This document shows positions 50,705 to 62,699 of a stretch of DNA of 64,000 bases, piece after piece; positions within the stretch are counted from its first letter, which is position 1; every line of letters begins with the position of its first letter. A program made the translations under genes and the position numbers. This DNA is from Vicugna vicugna (taxonomy: Eukaryota): positions 5,095,308 to 5,159,307 of the forward strand of contig MU061578.1 of assembly GCA_013265495.1 (NCBI GenBank). Direction: 5' to 3'. Under the pieces are notes generated by a model. The model was not told the origin of the DNA. It was given only the letters and a program-made list of their open reading frames with translations, and did not search any database.

Positions 50705-53350
50705 TTTTTTTTTTTTTGAGTTTAGTCAGTTACAGTATGTCAATTTCTGGTGTACAGCCTAATGTTCCATTCATGCATATATATCCATATATTTGTTTTC
50801 ATATTCTTTGTCATTAAAGGTTATAATAAGATATTGAATAAAATTCCCTGTACTATACAGAAGAAATTTGTTTTTTATCTGTTTTTATATACAGTTGTTA
50901 TCATTTGCAAATCTCAAAGTCCCAAATTTATCCCTTCCCATGCCCTTTCCCCCTGTAACTATAAGATTGTTTACTCTGTCTGCAAGTCTGCTTCAGTTTT
51001 GTAGATGAGTTCATTAATGTCCTTTTTTCTTGTTCTTTTTTCTTCTAGATTCCACATATGAGTGATATCATATGGTATTTTTCTCTTTCTGGCTTACTTC
51101 ACTTAGGATGATAATCTCTAGGTCCATCCATGTTGCTGCAAATAGCATTATTTTATTCTATTTTATTGCTGAATAGTATTCCATTGTGTGTGTGTGTGTG
51201 TGTGTACCACAACTTCTTTATCCAGTCATCTGTTGATGGACATTTATGTTGCTTCTATGTCTTGGCTATTGTATTTAGTACTGATGTGAACATTGGGGTG
51301 CATGTATCTTTTCAAATTAGAGTTTTCTCTGGATATATGCCCAGGAGTGGGATTGCTAGATTATATGGTAAATCTATTTTTAGTTTTTTGAGGAATCTCC
51401 ATACTGTTTTCCAAAATGGCTGCACCAAAGTACTTTCCCACCGGCAGTGTAGGAGAGTTCCCTTTTCTCCACACCCTCTCCAGCATTTATCATTTGTGGA
51501 CTTTTTAATGATGGCCATTCTGACTGGTGTGAGGTGATACCTCATTGTAGTTGTGATTTGCATTTCTCTGATAATTAGCAATATTGAGAGTTTTTTCATG
51601 TACTTATTGGCCATTTGTATGTCTTCACTGGAGAATTTCTTGTTTAGGTTTTCTGCCCATTTTTGGATTGGGCTATTTGTTTTTTTCTTATTAAGTTGAG
51701 TTGTTTATATATTCTGGAAATTAAACCTTTGTCAGTTGCATCATTTGCAAACATTTTCTCCCATTCTGTAGGTTGTCGTTTTGTTTTGTTTATGATTGCC
51801 TTTCCTGTGCAAAAGCTTATAAATCTAATTAGGTCTCTTTGTTTATTTTTGCTTTTCTTTCTATTGCCTGGGTAGACTGCCCTAGGATAACACTGGTATT
51901 ATTTATGTCAGAGAATGTTTTGCCTATGTTTTCTTCTAGGACTTTTATAGTGTCTTGCCTTATGTTTAAGTCCTTAAGCCATTTTGAGTTTATTTTTGTG
52001 TATGGCATGAGTTAGTGTTCAAACTTCATTGATTTACATGTGGCTGTCTAGTTTTCCCACTTGCTGAAGACTGTCTTTTCTCCATTGTATATTATTGCCT
52101 CCTTTGTCGAAGATTAATTGACCATGCTCTGTGGGTTTATTTCTGGGCTCTCGATTCTGTTCTGTTGATCCATAAGTCTGTTTTTGTGCCAATATCATGC
52201 TGTTTGATTACTGTAGCTCTGCAGTACTGTCTGAAGTCTGGGAGGGTTATTCCTCCAGCCAGCTTCATTCTTTTTCTTCAGTATTGCTTTGGCAATTCTG
52301 GGTCTTTTGTGATTCCATCTAAATTTTAGGATTATTTGTTCTAGTTCTGTGAAAAATGTCATGGATAATTTGATAGGGATCACATTAAATCTGTAGACTG
52401 CCTTGGGCAGTATGGTCACTTTAACAATATTGATTCTTCCAATCCAAGAGCATGGGGTATCTTTCCATTTCTTTAAGTCATCTTTAACTTCCTTAATCAA
52501 CATTTTGTAGTTTTCCATGTATAAGTCTTTCACCTCCTTGGTCAGATTTATTCCTCAGTATTTTTTGTTTTGAATGTGATTTTAAAAGGAATTGTTTCTT
52601 TACTTTCTTTCTTTGATATTTCATTGTTAGTGTAAAGAAATGCAACTGATTTCTGTATGTTAATCTTGTGTCCTACTACCTTGCCAAATTCTTTTATCAG
52701 CTCTAGTAGTTTTTGTGTGGAGCTTTTAGGTTTTTGTATATATGCATCATGTCATCCACATGTGGTGACAATTTAGCCTCTTCTCTTCCAAGTTGGATCC
52801 CTTTTATTTCTTTTTCGTGCCTGATTGCTGTGGCTAGGACTTCCGAAACTATGTTGAATAGAAGTGATGAGAGTGGGCATCCTTATCTTGTTCCAGATTT
52901 TAGTGGGAAGTCTTTCAATTTTTCACTGTTAATTATTATGCTGGCTATGGGGTTTGTCATAAGGACAAAATCACATGATCATCTCAATAGATGCAGAAAA
53001 AGAATTTGATAAAATTCAACACCCATTTATGATTAAAAACTCTCATCAAAGTGGATAGAGAGGGAATATATCTTAACATAATAAAAGCTATTTATGACAA
53101 ACCATCCTGTGTCCCTGGGATGAATCCAACTTGATAATGATGTATGATTTTTTTTATGTGTTGTTGCATTTTGTTTGCTAATATTTTGTTGAGGAATTTT
53201 TCATCTATGTCCATCAGTGATACTGGCCTGTGGTTTTCTATTTTGGTAGTGCCTTTGTCTGGTCTTGGTATTAGGATGATTGTGGCTTCATAGAATCAGT
53301 TTGGGAGTATGCCCTCTTTTTCAATCTTTTGGAAGAGTTTGAGAAGGATC
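50705..53350 (-). mobile_element. Younger 5'-truncated L1 with poly-A tail and 14-bp TSD
   Basis: TSD CATGATTCAGTCTT at 50691-50704 and 53351-53364; poly-T from ~50703; ORF2 peptides ([51 protein letters not shown]). Confidence 0.92.
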
Positions 53351-54336
53351 CATGATTCAGTCTTGATAGGTTGTATGTTTTTATGAATTTATCCATTTCT
53401 TCTAGGTTATACAGTTTTCTGGCATATAGTTGTTCATAATAGCCTCTTATGATGCTTTGTATTTCTGTAGTACCAGCTGTAAGGTCTCTTCTTATATTTA
53501 TAATTGTATTTATTTGAATCCTCTCCCTTTTTTCTTTGTTAGTCTAGCTAAAGATTTGTCAGTTTTATCTTTAAAAAATCCAACTCTTAGTCTGACCTTT
53601 TTATAATTGTATTTCTAGTCTCTAAGAAATTTATTTCTGCTCTTAACTCTATTTCCTTACTTCTGCTAACTTGTGACTTATTTTTTTTCTAATTCCCAGA
53701 GGTGTAAAGTTACGTCGTTTATTTGAAGTCTTTCTTTCTGCTTAATGTAGGTGTTTAACACTCTCAACTTTCCTCTTAGAACTGTTTTTGCTACATCCCC
53801 TAAGTTTTGGTATGTTGTGTTTGCATTTTGGTTTATCTCAAGGTGATTTTTAATTTCCCTGTTGATTTTTTCTTTGACCCATTAATTGGTTATTCAGGAA
53901 TATATTGTTTAATTTCCACATATTTATAGTTTTTTCTCCTGTTACTGATTTCTGGTTTCATTCCATTGTGATCAGAAAGATTCTTGATAGGATTTCAATC
54001 TTGTTAAATTTGTAAGACCTGTTTTGTAGCCTAATATAATCTCTCCTGGAGAATGTTCCTTGTGCACTGAAAAGAATGTGTATTTTTCTACTTTTGGAAT
54101 TGTGCAATGTTCTGTATGTGTCTGCCAGGTCTATTGTTCTATATAGTGTTATTTATGTCCACTGTTTCCATATTGTTTTTCTGTCTAAATGATCTATCCA
54201 TTGTTGAAAGTGGGCTATTGAAGTCCCCTACTATTTCTGTATCACTGTCTATTTCCCCCTTCAGTTCTGCTAATATTTACATTATATATGTTGGTGCTCC
54301 AACATTGGGTACATACATGCTTACAATTGTTATAGT

Positions 54337-54480
54337 GTATATATATATAATTGTGTATGTATATATATAGTGTGTATATATATATAAAATATATAGTATA
54401 TATAGTATAATACAGTATTGTGTATGTATGTATGTGTGTATGTGTGTGTGTGTATACATATGTTTATATATGTTTGTGTG
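54337..54480. repeat. (TA)n/(TG)n low-complexity repeat
   Basis: Alternating TA/TG dinucleotide tract. Confidence 0.85.
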
Positions 54481-54499
54481 GCTTGAAGAGAAATCTGTG

Positions 54500-54977
54500 T
54501 TTGATCAGGAAGGTTTAAATGAAACAGCAGCCGTGAAGCTCTATTGGTCAGTGTGGGGATGAGTCCCCACTGCCTCACACACGTGGTCACTGATCTGCTG
54601 GTCCCCTTTGGTCAGTAGCAGGTACACAGATGTTTCATCTCCCTCAAGTCTCTTCCACTAGCTTCTCAGTGTCCTGGTCCAGGCACATGTGCATCTTCAA
54701 GGTGATGGGCACCAGTTCCTTCTGCAGGTTACCTAGGTTATCAAGGGTGGAAGCAGAGAGAGACAGATGTAGTTCCACTTTGTCCCTTTGCTTCACCTTT
54801 AACTTTTTTTTTTCTGATTTTTCTGACTTTAGCAGTTGTAGCTGAAAAGGCAGCCAGGCTTCCATAGACTTCTCTCTTTACTGTCACAGTCATGTAAAAT
54901 CTGATCTCCACAATGAATTCCTTATTTTATATCACTCATGGGGGTTCTACTTCCTTAGTTAAACCTTAGCAGTTACA
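54500..54977 (+). mobile_element. ERVL-type LTR remnant (LTR16/33-like)
   Basis: End …ggttctacttccttagttaaaccttagcagttaca resembles ERVL LTR termini (…ggttctgcttctctg…gaaccctgactgataca). Confidence 0.45.
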
Positions 54978-55299
54978 TGAAGGAATTTTACCCTAACACG
55001 TATACATAAATATATCTTATGTCAGTGTCACTTCAAATCAGTGGGGAATGAAAAGGTTATTCAATAAGCATCACTGAAAAAATTAGCTAATATATTTGGA
55101 AAATAGTATATCTGCATTTATATTATTCATGAAAATGTGATGATATGTTTATAGAAATATACTGGAAGAAAATATAGAATATATTTATAGCCCCAGAATA
55201 CAGAAACAAAATGCCAACACCATAAAAATTGAGAATTTTAATGTATCAAAACTAAAAGCTGTTCAAAGGCAATTTAATTTTTTTGGAGTTTGTCCTATA

Positions 55300-55500
55300 G
55301 ATCATTTTTTATTTTTTGCATTCTTTTTTATTGAAGTATAGTCAGTTTACAATGGTGTGTCCATTTCTGGGGTATGGCATAATGTTTCAGTTATACACAT
55401 ATATACATATATTCATTTTCATATTCTTTTTCATTATAGGTTACTACAAGATATTGAATATAGTTCCCTGTGCTATACAGTGTAAGCTTGTTGTTTATCT
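55300..55500 (-). mobile_element. Short L1 3'-end fragment (same family as 50705-53350)
   Basis: Near-matches 50720-50880 (tagtcagtttaca...caagatattgaata...ttccctgt). Confidence 0.8.
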
Positions 55501-55598
55501 ACTACAGATTGTTTTTTTTTAAAAAGAATCTCAGAGGAATGACTTTAAGTCAAGACATCCAGCTAGATGATAAAGTTGCATAAAACTTCCAAAATGGA

Positions 55599-55651
<53 letters not shown>

Positions 55652-55683
55652 GGAGAGAGAGAGGGAGAGGGAGAGGGAGAGAA
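55599..55683. repeat. Compound (GT)n(GA)n(GGGAGA)n microsatellite
   Basis: Directly visible. Confidence 0.92.
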
Positions 55684-56340
55684 TGTGTGTTTGAAGAGAG
55701 CTTTCTTTGGTCATAAGAGCAGCATGGGCCAGGTATGAAGTCTGGAGCCCTCAGCCACACTGGGAATCAGTATTCTTTCCTGGCTGGATCACAGAGGAAG
55801 GTTGGAGATGTGGCTGAGATGCTGTGTTGTTGCAGACATGGAGCTCAGGACAGGAGACTACAGAGAACATCCCCCACTCCACTCTGTCAGGACTTGCTCT
55901 TTTCCCCAACACTGATCACTCCTGCTCAGCCTCAGCAGTGAGAACAGTGCTTTTCCAGACATATCTCCCATCACCCTCCCCTTAGCCTTTCTGTTCCAGG
56001 CAAACCTCCAAGGCCCTCTACAAACCCTGGCCTTTGCCTGAGCAGCTGGCTTAGCCTGGGATCCACCCTTCTTCCTTCTTTTGACAACTTCCCTCTGCCT
56101 ACAAGCTCCACTTGTCTGTGCTGGCTGGCAGCCTGCTTGCCTTTTCCAGAAAGAATGAGTCACCCTTTGGCACTTTGACTAGCTTTTTCAATGCACTTAT
56201 CACACTCATAGTAATTGTCAGTTTACTATCTCTTGCACCATAAGGTCTATTTCCCTAGGGCCATGGATTGTGATTTACACTCACCTCTGCCCTCACCCCT
56301 ACATAGGTCCCACACACAGTGAGTGCTGAACAAAGTCTTG

Positions 56341-56898
56341 CTTTTTTTTCCCAATGATCATTTTAAAAATTGAAGTATAGTTGATTTACAATAGTGTTAA
56401 TTTCAGGTGTATGGCAAAGTAATCCAGTTATACACATACATATATCTATATATTTTTTCAGATTCTTTTCCATTACAGGTTGTTACAAGATATTGAATAT
56501 AGATTCCCTGTACTACTGTACTATAGGACTTTGTTGTTTATCTATTTTATATATAGTAGTTTGTATCTGCTAATCTCAAAGTCCTAATTTATCCCTCCCC
56601 CACATTTCCCCTTTGGTAACCATAAACTTGTTTTCTATGTCTGTGAGTCTATTTCTGGCTTATAAATAAATTCATTTGTATCATTTTAAGCAAGATTCCA
56701 CATATAAGTGATATCGTATGATATTTGTCTTTGTCTTACTTCACTTAATATGGTAAACACTAGGTCCATCCATGTTGCTGAAAGTGACATTATTTCATTC
56801 TTCTTTATGGTTGTGTAATATTCCATTGTGTGTGTATGTATGTGTGTGTATGAGTCTATATTTCTCTCTCACTCTCTCTCTCTCTCTCTCTCTATATC

Positions 56899-56932
<34 letters not shown>

Positions 56933-57019
56933 TATATATCTCACATTATCCCAACTCCTTTATTCATTCATCTGTTGATGGACATTTATGTTGCTTCCAT
57001 GTCTTGGCTATTGTGAATA
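56341..57019 (-). mobile_element. 5'-truncated L1 3' end with 14-bp TSD and internal CT/TA microsatellite
   Basis: TSD TGAACAAAGTCTTG at 56327-56340 and 57020-57033; L1 3' UTR sequence similar to 50720-51270. Confidence 0.88.
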
Positions 57020-57519
57020 TGAACAAAGTCTTGAATGAGCAGGCTGGTCTCCTTGTTTCTGTTTGTTCTTCTCTTCAACTTGTTCTACATACAGGCCTGA
57101 TTCTCATCCTAAAGCAAAATTTGAATTATATCACCCCTGATGCAAAATCCTTCCCTGGCTGAATTTCACCAGGGAAATTATTTCAATTATTGGCATTCAA
57201 GGCCTTGCAAACCATGTAGTGAGCTGGAAAAAGATCAGGTGAGAGTCAGGGTCAGGGTCAGTGTTAGGCAAGCTGATTTTAAGTAAACTGACAGCCCAGT
57301 TTAGCACATAATTTTCTCCCCTCTTTCCCTTCCTCATTCATGGAGCACCATGGTCAGGACCTGTGCCAAATCTTAATAAAGAGGAAACCCATTATGTTCC
57401 CGTACTGGCTCCCCAAAAGACATGGGCCTCATTCTGTTGTCAGTCCACCCCACCACTGTCTGACTCATGTGGTGTGTGGGGGAATATTTGACTGAGGGTA
57501 GATGGGTGGGGATTGATTG

Positions 57520-57841
57520 CTAGGGTTTACCAGTTTCTATGATGTAAATACTCCCATTACGGCTGATATCAAGCTACTAATGGGTCATTGAGTGTAGAGT
57601 CAGAAATAAATGTACAGCAGCACACCATGTATGGTATTTCCACTCTACATATATAATAGACATAAAAATCTTAAGAACATAAATAGTAAAATAAATCGGA
57701 AGTGATGAATTCTGAGTATTTGTTAACCTTTTTTCCAATGCAATTTAATCGTAGGTTAATATAATTCAACCTTTTAACAACAGCCTTTTAAAGATTACTA
57801 AAGTATTTAATATCCAGCTTGCAAACTCCCTGAACATACTG
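57520..57841 (+). mobile_element. Arthur1-like hAT-Tip100 DNA transposon fragment
   Basis: tgtaaatactcccattacggctgatatcaagctac…gcagcacaccat…ggaagtgatgaattctgagtattt resembles the recalled Arthur1 consensus. Confidence 0.65.
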
Positions 57842-57963
57842 TCTCCTATTTTTGCAGGTTCGTATTTTACTTCTTCAGCGGGGCTTTTACGTGCTGGGAG
57901 ACGAAAGTGGGAGGAGGAAGGGAGCTCAGGGCTGAGGAGCAAAACCCGGCTCAATCCCTCGCA

Positions 57964-57979
57964 TGGCCACTGGGGGGCA
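57964..57979 (+). promoter_or_regulatory. CTCF-like motif in a small CpG-rich patch (~57870-58520)
   Basis: TGGCCACTGGGGGGCA, one core mismatch from CCACTAGGGGGCA. Confidence 0.45.
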
Positions 57980-60900
57980 ACAGACACAGTCCAATAGGAA
58001 TAGGAGTCGACGGTCCCTGCTCTGCTCCTGGACGGTGGAGATGCTTTTCGTTCTTTTTCGGGTATATCCAGGTCCTGGAGGCGCTAGTTTGGGTCTAGGG
58101 GCGGGGAGGGCCCGCACCCCCGACGACTCCTCACGGCAACTCAAGCCCTCGTCTGGAAAACCCAAGCTCTCAGCCCGCGGCCCCCAGCGCCTCTGCTCAA
58201 AGCCCCCACCCAGCATCCTCTGCGACCGGACGTGGGCCCTGCCGCTGCCTTCCCGGCATCCCCCGCGCTGAGCCCACACTTCCGCTGGCTGAGGTTCCAG
58301 AGCAGGTCTAGGTATTAACTACTTGAGTTAATTAAGCAGTGGGCATTTAGCTTATATTTTCCCAAATCTGGATTAGTGCGGAGAGACAAGGAACAGGAGC
58401 TTCCTCCTGAGTCACCCTGAGGTAGCAGCGCCCGGGCAGATCGGGGAAGGAGCCTTCCCCGTCTTCCGGTGCAGGTGCAGATGAGGGCAATGCCCCGCTG
58501 GCAGAAAAGCCCGCATTCTCCTCCCAGGTCTTCTGCCAACAGTCTGGGTGGCCTTGGGCAAGGCAGTTAACCCTGCTGGGTCTGGTTTACTGCAACTGAC
58601 ACTGTTGGTTGGCTCCCAGACATCTGTGCCCTTTCTTCCCCGTTGGTAGGTAGTACCACTCCTCCAGAGATTTACTGCAGCACTGCGTCCAGGCTGTTTG
58701 GACTCAGCCCACCGTATTGGTCCTGTTCCTGTTATCAAATGCTGGCTCCCAGAAAATACCGTCAAAACAACCTGTTTCTAAGACAAAACTGAGTTTCTTG
58801 CTTCCCTTGTTCAGGCAGAGCACCATCTTGAAAGCTGAGGTAGTGAGGTTTTGGGGTCTAGTTTAAGGTGGGCCTTTTGATGCAGGAGTTAATGAGGAGT
58901 AAGTAAGAATGTTGTATAGTTTAGGATTGTTGGTCACAGTAGTTTAGGATTTGTGGTCTCAGTGAGGTGAGAGTTTCAGAGTTCTGGAGCTTCAACAGTT
59001 GTTTGTTGTTACCAGTTGAAACTTGAGGTTTTGGATTGATTTTTCTGAAGTCAAGGAGTAAAGTTATTTGCACCTTTTGTCTTCCTGGGCAGGTGTTTCC
59101 TGGAGTAGTAAAGTCAATAACACAGTCATGTTATTTTGCTTCAAGCAGCATGAGTCACAGACCTCTTATTTGCAACTAAAGGAATCCTGTATATAGTTTT
59201 CTTGTATATAAATTGGGCATCGTGTTGCGGAGGCGGGGGGGAGAGGAGCTGAGCATGCATGAGAAGACCAAAGTTTCAGTTTATTGTAGCCTTTCAGTAT
59301 TAGAGCACCATGGGGCTTACAAAAATATCTGTGCCCTGAAAAATAATTCTTATTCTCAAATCTGAAAAGGGACCTGCCAGATTGAAATGAGTAGATATTT
59401 ATTAAATGTCTCCAAAATATACCTATGTCCATTAGCCAACTGCAACCCAAAATATATAGTTACCAGGTGGTTGCATTTACTCCGTAAGGGGAGGAGCATG
59501 TTCAGTGCCACGTGGTGGGGGCTTCAAGGCTATGGATACCCCAGGCTTATCAAGATCTTAAAATGGCCTTGGGGCGTCTCACTCCTGGCCTTCCTATTTC
59601 CCGGTCATGTGAATTGGGGTGAGCTCCTCCCCTCTCTGAGCTCATTTCCTCATATGTACGGTAGGGAACACAATACTTTGGGCAGAATAAGTCGGATAAT
59701 GTGAGGTAATGTGTTGAGCATGGCAGCCAGCAGTTGGAACTGAGGTGCAGGTGATTCTGGAGCAGCTTCAGCCCTTACCAGTGTGGGCTTCCCTGCAAAT
59801 TGTGGATCTGGGACAACTCTGAGAGACCAGGCTCATGGGAAGCAAGTCAGGAAGGACTCAGAGGGTTAATCAGGTTGGGAGAAAGCAGGCAAAATGAAGA
59901 TAACACTAACCACAATATCAGCTCAGGGAGTCTTGGGCTTGTTCAGGTCTGCTCCTGTGCTGCTCCCTCCCCCAGCCTCCAGGACAGGTGTAGGGGCAAC
60001 ATTAAAAATACTGAACATCGTTCTTTACAGGCAGAAAACAATCAGAACAAGCTGGCTGGAGACCCTTGGAAGCCCCTTATCTCAACAGACATTGACCTTT
60101 TAATTGCTACAATTGGGGAGGTGTGGGAGAAGGCTGGAGCAGCTGAGCATTAAGGGGCAGTCAGGGGCTTGAGGAGGCAGCAATTTACAACCTGCAGGTG
60201 ATATTCGGTTTGGTCCCATCAGAGCATCCTGGCTGGATATCTGCCTTGCTAGGGGACTGTGGAGGTGGGTCCTCTCTGAGCACTGCTAGCTCCTGGCACC
60301 TGAAGGCTGGGGTCTCCTGGTGAAAGCCGGGGTCTCCCAGTGAAGCCTCAGCTTCCCGGGGCTCCTAACCCTCTGAGCAGCACTGTCACAAGGAACTTGG
60401 CTAGGTGTTCGGTCCTCCCTTCATTTAGAAGTGGGAAAATCCTTCTGCTTTCCTGTTCCTAGCTGAATATTTCTTGTCTCCTCTCATCTTTCCCAGCAGA
60501 CCTGAGGGCAAATTAATCTTAAGACCAAGTCATTAGTAACTGGAAAGCGGGCATCTTCAGACTCTGTCAGGATATGAGGGGAAATATTTGCATTTTATTT
60601 TCCTATAGTAAAGAAAGGAAAGCAAAAGAAATCACTATAGAAATTTGGAGAAGAGAGTGGTTTGACAATACATACCAAAAATTGTAGATGAGATTAAAAA
60701 AAAAACCTGTAGATAAGTTTATAACCTTTGACCTAACAATTTCCGTATTAGGAATGTAGCTTGAGGAAATAATTAGAGATGTTTTTCAAAGATTTATGAA
60801 TAAGATTGTTTATTGAAGCATGTGTACAGCAGTAAAAAGAATGAATGTCTACTGTTAATAGTCATGTTATGAGTGAATAGTTTACTGACATGGGAAGATA

Positions 60901-61120
60901 CTAGAATATATTACATTTCAAAAACAGATTAAAATATTGTCGTAGTGAGGTTCCAATAATACAAAAAGGGTAAAAATGGAATCTGTAACCTGTTTTATTA
61001 GTTAAGAAAAAAGTTGTGAGCTGTTTCATGTAATGAAGTAATCAATCGACTCAACAAAAGTGGAGGCCAATACATGCCAAGCACTGTGGATATACTAGTA
61101 AGCTGTTAAAAGTGTAATTT

Positions 61121-61220
61121 GTGGGCGGGGAGGGGATAGCTCAGTGATAGAGCACATGCTTAGCATGCCTGAGGTCCTGGGCTCAATCCCCAGTACCTCC
61201 ATTAAAACACAAATAAATAA
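61121..61220 (+). mobile_element. tRNA-derived SINE (Vic-1-like)
   Basis: A/B boxes, A-rich tail, TSD aaaagtgtaattt/aaaaatgtaattt. Confidence 0.85.
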
Positions 61221-61462
61221 AAATGTAATTTTCAAAAAAGGTGAAAGCATGATTTTCAAATAAATATAAAAATGGTGTGTGCAAAGATTTTAACTTCTTA
61301 ATGAAGGAGGAAACCATCAAGATGTTAAAGCTGGTTTAAAAGAGAATCTGAAGAAGAGACGGAACACCAGGAACATGAAACACCAGGAACGCTGAAATCA
61401 ACTTACTAATAATGGATGCAAGACCAGTCAGTATCCTACAGAGCAATGTACTGTTTGGACCA

Positions 61463-61590
61463 TTTTTTTCTTTTTGGGGGACAGGGTGTAATTAGTTTTG
61501 TTGATTGATTAATGGAGATACTGGGGATTGAACCCAGGACTTTGTGCACGCTAAGCATGTGCCCTATCACTGAGCCATACCCTCCCCACT
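61463..61590 (-). mobile_element. tRNA-derived SINE (Vic-1-like), antisense
   Basis: Reverse complement reads ggggagggtatggctcagtgatagggcacatgcttagc...gggttcaatcccc; TSD aatgtactgtttgg on both sides. Confidence 0.85.
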
Positions 61591-62256
61591 AAAATGTACT
61601 GTTTGGGATCATCTTTTCTGCAAGATGGAGAAGATGCCAACCACGCTGCTGTCCATACCCACGGGTTAATAATCAGTCGCACAGGTGGAATGTGACTTGC
61701 TTCTCTAGGAATTGTTGGCATTACTATCAGTTTTTGCCAGTTAACTTCTGTGTCCACAGAGTTGTCAAATAGCCTCATTGGAGACAAAGGAAGGCTGATC
61801 GGATGATCCCTGGAGATGCCACACACCGTTGGAAGGATGTCTAGTAATCTCATTTGTCCATTTCAAGTCTTCCACACTTTTCCCTACGGGGCTGCGTAAA
61901 AGAACAGAGACGTTTTTAACTGGTAAGGGCCATGATCTAAGTGGTCTTTGGTTAAGCATCTCTGGTTGCTGTGGGAGAGGAGACTGGAGGGGTGCAGGGG
62001 ACCTGTCAGGAGGCTGCTGCGGTGTCTGGGGAGGGCTGCCAGCCCTGTGTGGATGGGGGGAAGGCCTGAGCTCTCCTGCTTGTTCGTTCTAGGCTGGAAA
62101 CCCCTCGACTTGCTGATGGGTTGGTGGGAGCTAAGAAGTATTATGTCAGTCTCAGCCTATCAGTGGTAATGCTGTTGGCTGGGGATGCCCGAGGCCGCCT
62201 CCTGGCCCCCATGGACATGTCGGGGTGGGACCGGCCCTTGTGGTTCTTACTATGAT

Positions 62257-62693
62257 TGTAAGAAACACCTTAGCAACAACCATCAGGAAACTGTGGGGAA
62301 AAAACAGATTTATTACTCACAGGTCCTGGAGGGCACTTGGCACTCCCTAGGGCCACACAGCAGGTCTTGGGTAGAGACGGGGGTGGGGTGGCGGGGCTCA
62401 GCCTTTATTAGGGTCCAAGGGTGGGGAGGCTGGGGTTTCTGGGGTTCGCTATTTATTGGTTAATTTAAAACCTAAGAGTGGGAATTTGAGCTCAGGAGGG
62501 GAAAAGTGGGGTCACTCCAGTGGTCAGTTATCCAGGTCACCCAGGGCTTTCTCAAAGCGGACCTTCATGGGTGGGGCCGCCTTTCTCCTTATCTAGTGGT
62601 TAGCTGTGTCCCACCCACAGCTGGCAACGTGGTACTTTGAGACTGGTGTCTTTAAAATGGATGCCTTGGCAACCAAAAGTTTAATGTCAGACA
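62257..62693 (-). mobile_element. Solo ERV LTR (family uncertain)
   Basis: TG...CA ends; minus-strand AATAAA (62309-62314) ~55 nt from the end; LTR-like composition. Confidence 0.5.
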
Positions 62694-62699
62694 CTCACA

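Larger units (their letters stand above)
46600..54335 (-). mobile_element. Old L1 (L1MA-type) 3' UTR and ORF2, split into 46600-49362, ~50555-50704 and 53351-54335 by two insertions
   Basis: ORF2 C-terminal peptides on - strand (LPYDPAIPLLGRYPK; WKQPKCPPMDEWIKKMWY...MNLEYIMLSEISQTQK). The L1 sequence resumes collinearly across both insertions. Confidence 0.88.

Noticed and set aside
54644..54865. Protein-looking 73-aa minus-strand ORF (…KELVPITLKMHMCLDQ…)
   Set aside because: No recognisable homolog; it lies inside an apparent ERVL LTR remnant.
57341..57361. Second RE1-like sequence TGGAGCACCATGGTCAGGACC
   Set aside because: Mismatches at key left-half (TTCAG) and right-half (GGACAG) positions; too weak to call without a matrix scan.
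58915..61390. Short direct repeats (58917-58963, 60308-60347, 61362-61390) that could mimic a repeat-spacer array
   Set aside because: Two-copy local slippage duplications in a mammalian genome; no CRISPR-like structure.
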